In this document: positions 55,174 to 64,000 of the stretch, piece after piece
How the letters are laid out: every line of letters starts with the position of its first letter
How positions within the stretch are numbered: the first letter of the stretch is position 1
NCBI GenBank assembly: GCA_963827275.1
Contig: CAWHAA010000001.1
Location: forward strand, 64,001 to 128,000
Source: an uncultured Spirochaetota bacterium
GTDB taxonomy: Bacteria > Spirochaetota > UBA4802 > UBA5550
DNA length: 64,000 nt
Direction: 5' to 3'
Translations under genes and position numbers: made by a program
The notes under the pieces: model-generated
What the model was told of the DNA's origin: nothing
Seen by the model: the letters and a program-made list of their open reading frames with translations, nothing else
Database searches by the model: none

Positions 55174-55421
55174 GATGTTCTCCGTTATACTATAGCATGA
55201 TGCCCGCCCGGGGGCAGCAACGGCCGCCCGGGCAGGTCACGGTATACTAGAAGGCCGGCCGCATGGCAAGTAAAAAAGTCAATGCCGCCTGCCCTGACGG
55301 CACCTGCCGCCGGGGACGGAAAAATAAAAAAACAGTTGAACAAATACCCCGGTAGTATGAGATACGTGATGTCCCGGAGGAGAATAACCCGTTTCATTCC
55401 CATCACAACCTGGAGCATGTC

Positions 55422-56615
55422 ATGAGCGGCGTCGAAATCAAGAAAAGCTACGAAGAGATCAACAGGAAGATACAAGAGGGGAAGGCCGTTGTCGTGACCG
55501 CGGAAGAGATGCCGGAAATCGTGGCCTCCGAGGGCGTTGACGGCGCTTTTAAAAAAGTTGACGTGGTCACCACCGGCACCTTCGGTGCCATGTGCTCTTC
55601 CGGCGCGTTCATCAATATCGGTCACACGAAGCCGCGGATGAAAGCGACGAAGGTATGGTTCAACAACGTGGAAGCCTACGGCGGCATCGCCGCGGTGGAT
55701 TGCTATATCGGCGCCACGCAGGTGCAGGAGAACGATCCGCTGAACATGGTCCATCCCGGGAGATTCAAATACGGCGGCGGCCACGTCATAGAGGACCTGA
55801 TAGCGGGGAAGAGGATCAAGCTCAAGGCCGTCGGGTACGGTACGGACTGCTACCCGCTGAAGGAATACGAATCGACGATCACCATCGATGACCTGCGCGA
55901 CGCCACGATGTTCAACCCGCGCAACTCCTACCAGAATTACAACTGCGCCGTGAACCTGTCGAAGAAGACCATCTATACCTACATGGGAATACTGAAACCC
56001 GATATGGCAAACGCATCATTTTCGAGCGCGGGCCAGCTCAGCCCACTCCTGAACGACCCCTACTACTGGACCATCGGCACCGGCACGCGGATATTCCTCT
56101 GCGGCGCGGCGGGCTCGGTGGTGTGGCACGGCACCCAGCACGCGCCGGACTGCAGGCGGGGAGAGAACGGCGTCCCCTGCGAAGGGGGCGGCACCCTCGC
56201 GGTCATGGGCAACATGAAGGAGATGGACCCCCGGTACGTGCGCGGCGCCTCCTTCACCGGGTACGGCTGCAGCATCATGATCGGCATCGGCATCCCCATC
56301 CCGATAATTAACAGGGACATGGCCTATTTCACCGGCCAGACCGACAGGGACCTCCGCTGCCAGGTCATAGACTACGGGAACGACTACCCGTCCGGGATCG
56401 GCAGGTCCCTGGGCGAGGTGAGCTATGCCGAGCTGAAAAGCGGCAGGATAGCGTTCATGGGAAAAACAATAGACGCGGCGCCCATGTCGAGCTATCCGAT
56501 GGCGAGGAAAATAGCCATTGAATTGAAAGAGTGGGTCAAGAAGGGCTTCACCATCGGCGTGCCGCAGACGCAATTCCCGACAGTGCCGCGCGGGAAGGAC
56601 AATGAAGCGCGCTGA
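55422..56615 (+). CDS. DUF39 homocysteine biosynthesis protein (aspartate semialdehyde sulfurtransferase-like)
   Basis: AVVVTAEE, VDVVTTGTFGAMCSSG, YGGGHVIEDL, GTDCYP, GQLSPLLNDP. Confidence 0.9.
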   Translation: MSGVEIKKSYEEINRKIQEGKAVVVTAEEMPEIVASEGVDGAFKKVDVVTTGTFGAMCSSGAFINIGHTKPRMKATKVWFNNVEAYGGIAAVDCYIGATQVQENDPLNMVHPGRFKYGGGHVIEDLIAGKRIKLKAVGYGTDCYPLKEYESTITIDDLRDATMFNPRNSYQNYNCAVNLSKKTIYTYMGILKPDMANASFSSAGQLSPLLNDPYYWTIGTGTRIFLCGAAGSVVWHGTQHAPDCRRGENGVPCEGGGTLAVMGNMKEMDPRYVRGASFTGYGCSIMIGIGIPIPIINRDMAYFTGQTDRDLRCQVIDYGNDYPSGIGRSLGEVSYAELKSGRIAFMGKTIDAAPMSSYPMARKIAIELKEWVKKGFTIGVPQTQFPTVPRGKDNEAR

Positions 56616-57319
56616 GCGGTCATACCGTGATTACGCGGATACGGCCCGGTGGAAAAGCTTCAGGGTCAAAGTCGAGACATCAGACCTGTACATCAGGGCG
56701 GGCTCCGACCTGTCGGACCGGGCGGAGCGGACCGTGCGCGGACTCAGGGACCAGATCTTCCGTCACATCGCGCGCCAGAACGAATTCCTGACCTCATATA
56801 CGCCGGTGGAGCGCCTGACCGGATGCGCCCCCGTCATCGACATGATGTATGACGCTTCCGAACAGGCCGGGGTGGGCCCCATGGCCGCCGTCGCCGGCGC
56901 CGTGGCGGAATGCACGGGGCGGGAGCTGATGGATGCAAGCGGCGAGCTGATTATCGAAAACGGCGGCGATATATGGATGCGGATAACCGATCCCGCCTCT
57001 ATACGCATATATCCGGGAGGACATAACTTCGACGCCGTATCGATAAAAATCAGTCCCGATCGCACGCCCTGCGGGGTCTGCACGTCATCCGCGCGGATCG
57101 GCGTCGTCCTTCAGCTTCGGCAAGGCGGACGCCGCCACCGTGATCGCGCCCGGCGCTGCCCTGGCTGACGCGATCGCCACCGAGGTATGCAACCGGGTGA
57201 AAGTCGAGGACGACATGGAAGGCGCCGCCCTCTTCGGCATGCGGTGCGGCGCATCCGGCGTCGTCGTCATATACCGCGACCGTCTTGCGGCGCAGGGCGA
57301 TGTAGAGCTGACAGATTAA
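56602..57319 (+). CDS. UPF0280 ApbE-like protein (frameshift near 57105)
   Basis: GPMAAVAGAVAE, ENGGDI, GVCTSS|SFSFGKADAATV..LADAIAT. Confidence 0.88.
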
Positions 57320-57333
57320 CGTGGAGAACAGCC

Positions 57334-57753
57334 ATGAACGCAAAAAACGTGCTTCTCATATTCGACAAGAAGATCATGTACAAGCCGCTCATATTCCGCC
57401 TGGCAAAGGATTTCGATGTCGTCTTTAACGTGCTCGAGGCGAAAATCCTTCCCAAGCTTGAGGGCCGGCTCATCCTTGAGCTCCGCGGCACGGAAGAATC
57501 AATCACGACGAGCATTGACTACCTGACCGGAGAAGGTGTGGTGGTTGAGCCGCTTACCGACAAGATCGTCAGGGACGATGACCGCTGCATCAACTGCGGA
57601 GCGTGCACCTCGGTCTGCCGGGTGGACGCCCTCAGTATTGATCGCGTCTCCATGGAAGTAACGTTCGACCACGAGAAGTGTGTTGCCTGCGGCATGTGCA
57701 AGATTGCCTGCCCCGTGGGTGCGATGTCGGGGAAGAGTATCGATCTGGATTGA
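57334..57753 (+). CDS. NIL domain-4Fe-4S ferredoxin
   Basis: KPLIFRLAKDFDVVFNVLEAKI (NIL), CINCGACTSVC, CVACGMCKIACP. Confidence 0.9.
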   Translation: MNAKNVLLIFDKKIMYKPLIFRLAKDFDVVFNVLEAKILPKLEGRLILELRGTEESITTSIDYLTGEGVVVEPLTDKIVRDDDRCINCGACTSVCRVDALSIDRVSMEVTFDHEKCVACGMCKIACPVGAMSGKSIDLD

Positions 57754-57854
57754 CCGATAACTATCGGTGCCAGGTGGGGTCAGAGTAAGCAGTTTACCGA
57801 TAACTATCGGCACCGGCAGGGGGTCAGAGCAGTTAATGTACCGATAACTATCGG
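57753..57854 (+). repeat. Second bipartite array: 3x ACCGATAACTATCGG alternating with 2x GGGGTCAGAG(T/C)A
   Basis: Palindromes at 57753, 57796 and 57840; G motifs at 57777 and 57820. Confidence 0.95.
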
Positions 57855-57902
57855 CATTTCAAAGGCTTATTTCCCCCTTGATGTCCTGTAACCCCCTTAA
57901 AC

Positions 57903-59096
57903 CTATATAATCCCCAGCTTTTTGCCTACTTTTTTGAAAACCTCAAAGCTCCGGTCAAGGTCCTCGGTCGTATGGGTAGCCATGACACCGAGCCGAATTC
58001 GCGATTCAGCCGGCGGCACTGCCGGGTGCACGATGGGCGAGGCGAAAACCCCTTCGTCGAAGATCATCTTGTTAAACATCATGGTCTTTTCCAGGTCGCG
58101 AATCAGGAGCGGCACCACGGCCGTCCGGGAAGGACCGGTATCGAATCCCAGCTCTTTCAGTCCCTTGATAAAGTAGTTGATGTTGTTCCAGAGCCTCTCC
58201 CGCCACTCGGGCTCCTCATCAAGCAGTTCAAATGAACGGCATATGCCGGCCACCGTCAGGGGCGGCAGGGACGCGGAGAAGATATAGGCGGACGCGTTAT
58301 GGCGCAGGTGATCGATGAAATCGGCCGGTCCTGCCACGAATCCGCCGACTGCGCCGGCGAACTTCGAGAACGTCCCCGCTATGACGTCCGGCGCATGCGG
58401 CATGTCGAAATGGTCAGGCAGGCCGTAGCCGCGCTTGCCGAGAACGCCCAGGCTGTGGGCTTCATCGATGAGAAGGAGCGCCCCGTGCTCCTGCTTGATG
58501 CGGTACAGCGCCGGAAGGTCGGCCCAGTCGCCGTCCATGCTGTAGACGGAGTCGACCAGGACGAGCATCCTGTTGTATTTATTCTTGAGGCGGGCAAGGA
58601 GCGAATCAAGGTCCTCGGTGTCGTTATGAAGCCACATTCTCTTGTCGCTGCCGGAAAGGGTCACGCCGTCAACGATGCTCCGGTGCACCAGGCTGTCCAT
58701 CACCGCCACGTCTCCCTTGCCGATGGTGGCCTGTATCGAGCCGAGAAGCGCCTGGTACCCGCTTGCCAGGAGAACGCACGCTTCGCGCTCATACAGACGC
58801 GCTATTTTTTCCTGTAATCTGTAATGGATATCGGTGGTGCCGCAGGCCAGCGGCGAGCCGCCGATGCCGAGGCCGTATTTGTCAATGGCGTTCCGCACGG
58901 CCTTCAACACTTCCGGGTGGGTGGAGAAGCCGAGATAATTATTGGAGATAAAATTGATGCGCTCCTTGCCGCTTACCACGATGCGGTTCGCGCAGGCGGA
59001 AGAGACCTCAAGGCTGTACGTGTATATCTCCTCTTTTCGCAGCATCGACAGGAGCGCCGCCTGCTGCTTCATGGCATCGCTAATGAGTTGGCTCAT
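57903..59096 (-). CDS. PLP-dependent alpha-oxoamine synthase (serine palmitoyltransferase-like)
   Basis: SNNYLG, HRSIVDG, VYSMDGD, DEAH, GTFSK (PLP Lys), YIFSASLPP. Confidence 0.9.
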   Translation of the reverse strand: MSQLISDAMKQQAALLSMLRKEEIYTYSLEVSSACANRIVVSGKERINFISNNYLGFSTHPEVLKAVRNAIDKYGLGIGGSPLACGTTDIHYRLQEKIARLYEREACVLLASGYQALLGSIQATIGKGDVAVMDSLVHRSIVDGVTLSGSDKRMWLHNDTEDLDSLLARLKNKYNRMLVLVDSVYSMDGDWADLPALYRIKQEHGALLLIDEAHSLGVLGKRGYGLPDHFDMPHAPDVIAGTFSKFAGAVGGFVAGPADFIDHLRHNASAYIFSASLPPLTVAGICRSFELLDEEPEWRERLWNNINYFIKGLKELGFDTGPSRTAVVPLLIRDLEKTMMFNKMIFDEGVFASPIVHPAVPPAESRIRLGVMATHTTEDLDRSFEVFKKVGKKLGII

Positions 59097-59146
59097 GGAA
59101 TAATCCTCGCAAAATAAAATCGTACAACAATCAGGGCGTGCCGGTG

Positions 59147-59395
59147 TCAGGCCAGCTTTTTCTCCAGATATTGAATGACATCAATCACCGTCTGGAGCCC
59201 CATGATTTCATCAAGGTCCGGCTCAAAATCGTATATCTCGGTTATCCGTGAAATGGCTTCCATGCTCTTGAGGCTGTCGAAGCCCAGGTCCTCAAGGAAC
59301 CGGTCGCCATCCTTTACCTGCTCCGGTTTTTTCCCCGCCAGTTTGGCTACGATGGCCAGGAAATCTTTTCTTATCTTATCCCCGGAAACTCCCAT
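59147..59395 (-). CDS. Acyl carrier protein
   Basis: EDLGFDSL phosphopantetheine motif; GAGGTG RBS. Confidence 0.92.
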   Translation of the reverse strand: MGVSGDKIRKDFLAIVAKLAGKKPEQVKDGDRFLEDLGFDSLKSMEAISRITEIYDFEPDLDEIMGLQTVIDVIQYLEKKLA

Positions 59396-59526
59396 ATGTG
59401 TCACCTCTTCATGATGGTACGCCTTCACCGCAACGGCCGGACACGCCTCGCCGTCACATAATGGATCACGCGGTAATATTTACAATGAATTTTTAGCGCA
59501 GCGCCGCTATTCCATGCTGACCGCAA

Positions 59527-61353
59527 TCAGCGCTTCAATCGTCTTCGGAACAGGTGGAAATGGCTCAGGATGAAAGTCCGTGCCAGCACAAGAATATTCC
59601 TGCTTTTTCTCGGGAACAGCTCTCCCTCGAGGTAAAATCTCTTGCACAGATACCGCTGGGTCTTGCCGCTCGTGGTCTTCGGTATCGTCTCGCGCGGGAC
59701 AAGCCTGATATCGTCAGGCGCAATGCCGAGCTTCGCCAGTATCTCTTTGTGGACTTCCTGCTTCAGTTTTTCAAGCGCCTCCCTGTCCTTTACGGTCGTT
59801 TCGCATACCAGCACGAGGTCTTCGGTACCCTGCTCCTCGTTGTGCACGTCAAATGCCGCGCAGCAGCCGAGACGGATCCCCTTGACGGTTGAAGCGATCC
59901 GCTCCACGTCATAGGGATAAATGTTTTTCCCGCGCTTGATGATCATCTCCTTCTTGCGGCCGGATATGAAAAGCAGGCCGTCAAGGATAAATCCCATGTC
60001 CCCCGAATGGAGCCAGCCGTCAACGATGGATTCAGCAGAGGCCTTCTGATTTTTATAATACCCGCCCATGAGGCTATGGCTCTTGACGCATATTTCACCG
60101 ACCTCGCGTTCGTTGAGTGTCCGGCCCTGCTCATCGACGATCCTGATCTCCTGCCCCACGAGCGGATAGCCGACGGAAACCAGATCGATGTACTCCTTGT
60201 TGTTCTGGCTCTTTGAATCGACGGCGATATTCTCGGCTTCCAGCTTGTCCCTGTCGAAACGGCGGACAACGGTGGTCGCATCCAGCGAAGGAAATGTCGC
60301 GGCAAGGCTGTTTTCCGCCATCCCGTACACAGGGAGAAATATATTGTCGCGAAGGCCGCACGGCCTGAATTTTTCAATGAATTTATTGAGGGTTATGCGG
60401 TCCACCGGCTCCGCACCGTTCAGGGCAAGCCGCCAGGAGCTCAGGTCAAGCCGGTGGAGGTCCACGTCGTCAATCCTCGAAACGCAATAATGGTATCCGA
60501 AATTGGGGGCCACGCCCATCGTGACCCGGTAGCGCGATATGTTTTCCATCCACCAGATGGGACGAAAGATAAACGCTTCCGGCGACATCAACACAAGGGT
60601 GATGTCCCAGTACAGGGTGGTGAGAAAACCGCCGATAAGGCCCATGTCGTGGTACATGGGAAGCCAGCTGATACCGACATCATCGGCCGTCATCCGGCTT
60701 GCGACCCCGATCCCGTGGATGTTATGAAGCAGATTCTTGTGGGAGAGCATGACCCCTTTCGGTTTTCCGGTCGTACCCGAGGTGTACTGGAGGAGCGCAA
60801 GGTCATCGGTCCTGACGACGGGACACTTTTTATACTGATCTGCAGGGACGGGATCGGCGAATATTTCATCATCAAAAAGAAAACCGCCCACCAGGTTCGA
60901 AATATTCAAGAGACTGCCGGCTATCAACTTGATCTTTTCGTAGGTTATGAAGAATTTCCCCTCGCAGTCATGGATGATATGCGTCAGGTTATCAAGGTAT
61001 TTCGCGAGGTTGCTCGTACCGGCCGGCTGGCTGACCGGGACAGGGACACCGCCGGCGATGAGTATTCCAAAATAGACATAGGCGAAATGTTCCCCCGTAG
61101 GCAGCATTACAACAACCTTATCATTCTTACCGAGGCCCCGCGCCATCAGGTACTGGGCCACGACACGCGCCTTTTCCAGTACATCGCTTGCCGAGACCCT
61201 CTGCTCACGATTTTTAAGATCCATGAAGATAAGAAAATCCGGCTTATCAACAGCCCGGCGCTCAAGGACCTCGATAAGGGTCTGTGCCCTGATTTCATAT
61301 CTTTCACTGTTTTTCTGATGCGCTACGATTTGTTTCCCTGTTACCGCTGTCAT
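59527..61353 (-). CDS. Fatty acyl-AMP ligase
   Basis: QYTSGTTGKPKG, SWLPMYHDMGLIG, NGAEPV, YGMAE followed by a FAAL-type insertion, PKTTSGK. Confidence 0.9.
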   Translation of the reverse strand: MTAVTGKQIVAHQKNSERYEIRAQTLIEVLERRAVDKPDFLIFMDLKNREQRVSASDVLEKARVVAQYLMARGLGKNDKVVVMLPTGEHFAYVYFGILIAGGVPVPVSQPAGTSNLAKYLDNLTHIIHDCEGKFFITYEKIKLIAGSLLNISNLVGGFLFDDEIFADPVPADQYKKCPVVRTDDLALLQYTSGTTGKPKGVMLSHKNLLHNIHGIGVASRMTADDVGISWLPMYHDMGLIGGFLTTLYWDITLVLMSPEAFIFRPIWWMENISRYRVTMGVAPNFGYHYCVSRIDDVDLHRLDLSSWRLALNGAEPVDRITLNKFIEKFRPCGLRDNIFLPVYGMAENSLAATFPSLDATTVVRRFDRDKLEAENIAVDSKSQNNKEYIDLVSVGYPLVGQEIRIVDEQGRTLNEREVGEICVKSHSLMGGYYKNQKASAESIVDGWLHSGDMGFILDGLLFISGRKKEMIIKRGKNIYPYDVERIASTVKGIRLGCCAAFDVHNEEQGTEDLVLVCETTVKDREALEKLKQEVHKEILAKLGIAPDDIRLVPRETIPKTTSGKTQRYLCKRFYLEGELFPRKSRNILVLARTFILSHFHLFRRRLKR

Positions 61354-61615
61354 TTACATATCCTGTTTGATTTAATAATATTAATTGTTAAACAATGCAT
61401 GAAAAATCTCATACCGAATATTCAACAACATTATGAACAAATTTATTTGGCATAAAACAAAAGCTGAATCTGCTCCCATATAAAATATGAAGCGTTAACC
61501 ATATCATCCTGATACCACATCAAGATTTAAATACAATATAAATGTTACCATCCACAGAACAACGGGGAGGGAAACAGTGAAATACTATTTTGCGAAAGAG
61601 AACATACTATTATAA

Positions 61616-61631
61616 TGCAATTATTATGCCA
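61616..61631 (-). promoter_or_regulatory. Sigma54 (-24/-12) promoter facing the FAAL-ACP-SPT operon
   Basis: Minus strand reads TGGCATAATAATTGCA (TGGCA-N6-TTGCA). Confidence 0.7.
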
Positions 61632-61896
61632 AATAGTTTTTTTATTATTGTATAACGCCTGATATATAGAGACAGTATGATTGACCGAAAAATATCAAAG
61701 AAGATCATATCAGAACTCGAAAAAAATCAACACCCTGTATCATATATGCAACAAAAAATGGACCTGAAACTGAAATTTTATAATATATCAAATGGCGCTT
61801 AACATGAAATGAGCACGGGAATATTCTTATTGACATTGACTCTGAAAAACAAATTCTCTACTTTCAATTATTTATTATTATTTTCGGGGGAATGGA

Positions 61897-62745
61897 ATGG
61901 GCAGTCACGATGACAAAATATTATCAAACAAACTGGCTATAATTACCGGCGGTTCAAAGGGGATAGGGAAAGCCGCTGCAATTGAATTTGTCAAAAACGG
62001 CGGGAACGTCTGCATTATTGCCCGTAATAAAAAAGACCTCTTCCAGGCAGCAGAAGAGATGCAAAAAGCCCGCTCCAGCACCAGCCAGGCCGTCACCGCT
62101 ATCCCTTGCGATACCACGGACATGGAAGCACTCGCTCGACTCCTCGACAGCTTCATTAAAAAAAACGGAGTGCCGGATTACCTTATGAATTTTGTGGGGT
62201 ACGCCAGGCCCAATTACATACAGAACACCACGCTCGACGATTTCAGAAAAATAATGGATACCAACTATTTCGGACAGCTTATCCCGGTCCTGGTCATCCT
62301 GCCGCACTTCATGAGAGAACGGAAGGGGCACATCGTGAACTGCTCATCGTTGCTTGGTTTCATGGGAATTGCCGGGTACGCCGCCTATTCCCCGACAAAA
62401 TACGCACTATGCGGTCTCACCGAATCACTCAGAAACGAACTCAAGCCGTATAATATACGTTTCTCCATTCTTTATCCGCCCGATACCGAAACCCCCGGAT
62501 TCGACCAGGAAAACAGGTCCAAGCCGCTCGAGGTTATGCTCATGTCCGAAACAGGCGGGCTTCTGTCGCCGGAGCAGGTCGCCAAAAAATTAATACATGA
62601 TGTTCTTAAAAATAAATACTATATACTGCCCGGCCAATCACGGCTCCTCTGGTCTATAGCGCGGCATTTTCCACGGCTCGCGCATATCATTATGGATGGC
62701 GAGCTGAATAAAGCGAGAAAAAAGGCTGCGGCAAGAAAGAAATAA
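61897..62745 (+). CDS. SDR oxidoreductase, 3-ketodihydrosphingosine reductase (KDSR)-like
   Basis: TGGSKGIG, YSPTK, and YPPDTETPGFDQENRSKP signature. Confidence 0.85.
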   Translation: MGSHDDKILSNKLAIITGGSKGIGKAAAIEFVKNGGNVCIIARNKKDLFQAAEEMQKARSSTSQAVTAIPCDTTDMEALARLLDSFIKKNGVPDYLMNFVGYARPNYIQNTTLDDFRKIMDTNYFGQLIPVLVILPHFMRERKGHIVNCSSLLGFMGIAGYAAYSPTKYALCGLTESLRNELKPYNIRFSILYPPDTETPGFDQENRSKPLEVMLMSETGGLLSPEQVAKKLIHDVLKNKYYILPGQSRLLWSIARHFPRLAHIIMDGELNKARKKAAARKK

Positions 62746-62782
62746 CCGATCTGCCTTTCCAATACATGCAGACGTATCGCAC

Positions 62783-62816
62783 AAAAAAGAGGCCCCCGTT
62801 AGTAACGGGGGCCTCT
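62783..62816 (-). terminator. Rho-independent terminator after fcpA
   Basis: AGAGGCCCCCGTTA-G-TAACGGGGGCCTCT preceded by an A run. Confidence 0.85.
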
Positions 62817-62844
62817 GCTCTCAACAATAATCGAAAGACATATA

Positions 62845-63720
62845 TTATTTGAAGTCGTTAATACGCTCGGCTTTCTTCTCATCCTGCTCGACAACTTCCT
62901 GCATCTGCTTATAATGAGGTGACTCGATCCCATACTTCAGCTCAACCGCCTGGAGCATGCACCGGTTCTTCTTGTTTTTATATATGTTGATCTCATCTTC
63001 AGATGCATGCTTGTATTTCGCCAGCACCTTCTCCATGTAACCATAGCAGCTTGCCATATATTTATACGCCCAGATGTCCTTGCTGTTCTCTTCGGAAATG
63101 CTCAGGTATCTCTCCAGGATGGCGATACACGGCTTAAAATTCTGGAGATCATACTGGGTGGATACATATACCTGGAAGAGGCGGCTCATAAAATTGACGA
63201 ACTTGGGTTCCTGCCTGACCTCCTGGTGCTGAATCTGATCAAGATAGTCGATGGACCGCGTCAGGTAGGTGACCGATTTCATCTTGGCTTCCATTTTTTT
63301 CATGGCGACCTGGCGCTGCTCCTGGTTCTTACGGTCAATCTCCTGCCAGTACCACCGCTCGTTCAGGTTCTTTTTCTCCTTGTTGGCGGCCTTGATCTTT
63401 ATGACGTCATTCTCCATGTCTTCAAGAATATCAAGCGCGGTTGAATATTCATCGATCGCGAGCTTTAAGAGGTTGTCGGAATATTCCTTGTTAAGTTTTT
63501 CAAGCTCCTCAATCGCCTTGATATAGGGCTTGAAATCCCGGATCCTCCATCCGGTAACCTCAACATCGCTGAATTCATTTTTCAGTTCGGCGGCTTTTTT
63601 ATCATCCGTTTTCTTGTCAGCTGCCTGCTGCGCAGAAATCCGGGATTGCATCCCGAGGCCGAGGAAAACAGCCGCTACCAGGACAGCAATTATCACGCCA
63701 TACGACTTTCTTGGTTTCAT
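62845..63720 (-). CDS. fcpA: Flagellar coiling protein FcpA homologue
   Basis: Signal peptide; ERWYWQEIDRK, QYDLQN..CIAILERY, KYMASCY and ELKYG..SP.YK match Leptospira FcpA as recalled. Confidence 0.8.
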   Translation of the reverse strand: MKPRKSYGVIIAVLVAAVFLGLGMQSRISAQQAADKKTDDKKAAELKNEFSDVEVTGWRIRDFKPYIKAIEELEKLNKEYSDNLLKLAIDEYSTALDILEDMENDVIKIKAANKEKKNLNERWYWQEIDRKNQEQRQVAMKKMEAKMKSVTYLTRSIDYLDQIQHQEVRQEPKFVNFMSRLFQVYVSTQYDLQNFKPCIAILERYLSISEENSKDIWAYKYMASCYGYMEKVLAKYKHASEDEINIYKNKKNRCMLQAVELKYGIESPHYKQMQEVVEQDEKKAERINDFK

Positions 63721-64000
63721 ACAGTAACCCCTCTCAGCATAATGAATCGGACCATGGCGGCACAAAAATATCCAAGTGCAACGCCACACATTAATATCGT
63801 CATAATTATGGTAAAAATTCAATTTTTTTCTTACTTTTATCTATATTATAAAAATAAAAAAGTCCCCTGCCCGACTCAGATGAGACAAACACAGGCCGTG
63901 ACTTTCTTTCAAAATCATCGATGATATCCCACGATAAATTTTGTTGACATTATCGTATGATTATTAAAACCTAAATTCAATATCAGATATTCCATGAAAA

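Noticed and set aside
5872..57319. Programmed frameshifting or pseudogenes in infC, ntrY-like, pyrG, rnfB and UPF0280
   Set aside because: These are single-base indels, mostly in short G/C runs, and include essential genes; long-read consensus error is the simplest explanation.
57753..57854. Mini CRISPR array
   Set aside because: The repeat is only 15 bp and the intervening DNA contains a second fixed motif.
57903..59096. bioF annotation
   Set aside because: No bio genes are nearby; the FAAL/ACP/KDSR context favours long-chain acyl condensation, though BioF is not formally excluded.

Overview
Core chromosomal segment of a spirochete related to Leptospirales, probably anaerobic. The taxonomy is inferred from an FcpA homologue, mfd next to a LipL31-like lipoprotein and a stand-alone FliG; anaerobiosis is inferred from RnfB and the DUF39 homocysteine genes. 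Most genes are housekeeping: cheA/cheW, zapA, rplT-rpmI-infC-thrS, tRNA-Val, ribH-nusB, dgt, priA, rpoN-hpf-hprK-ptsH-ntrY/X-like, pyrG and mfd. Several single-base frameshifts, including in essential genes, look like long-read assembly errors. Three things stand out. (1) A candidate sphingoid-base biosynthesis locus: fatty acyl-AMP ligase, ACP and an SPT-like alpha-oxoamine synthase behind a sigma54-type promoter, divergent from an SDR that closely resembles eukaryotic KDSR. (2) A RAYT-like HUH transposase with a dispersed GGGTCAGAG(T/C)AA motif that forms two bipartite ~43-bp arrays and has expanded in frame inside priA; the transposase sits in an AT-rich halo. (3) Two tandem paralogous ~1500-aa lipoproteins of unknown function. 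Family assignments come from recalled motifs; no database searches were run.
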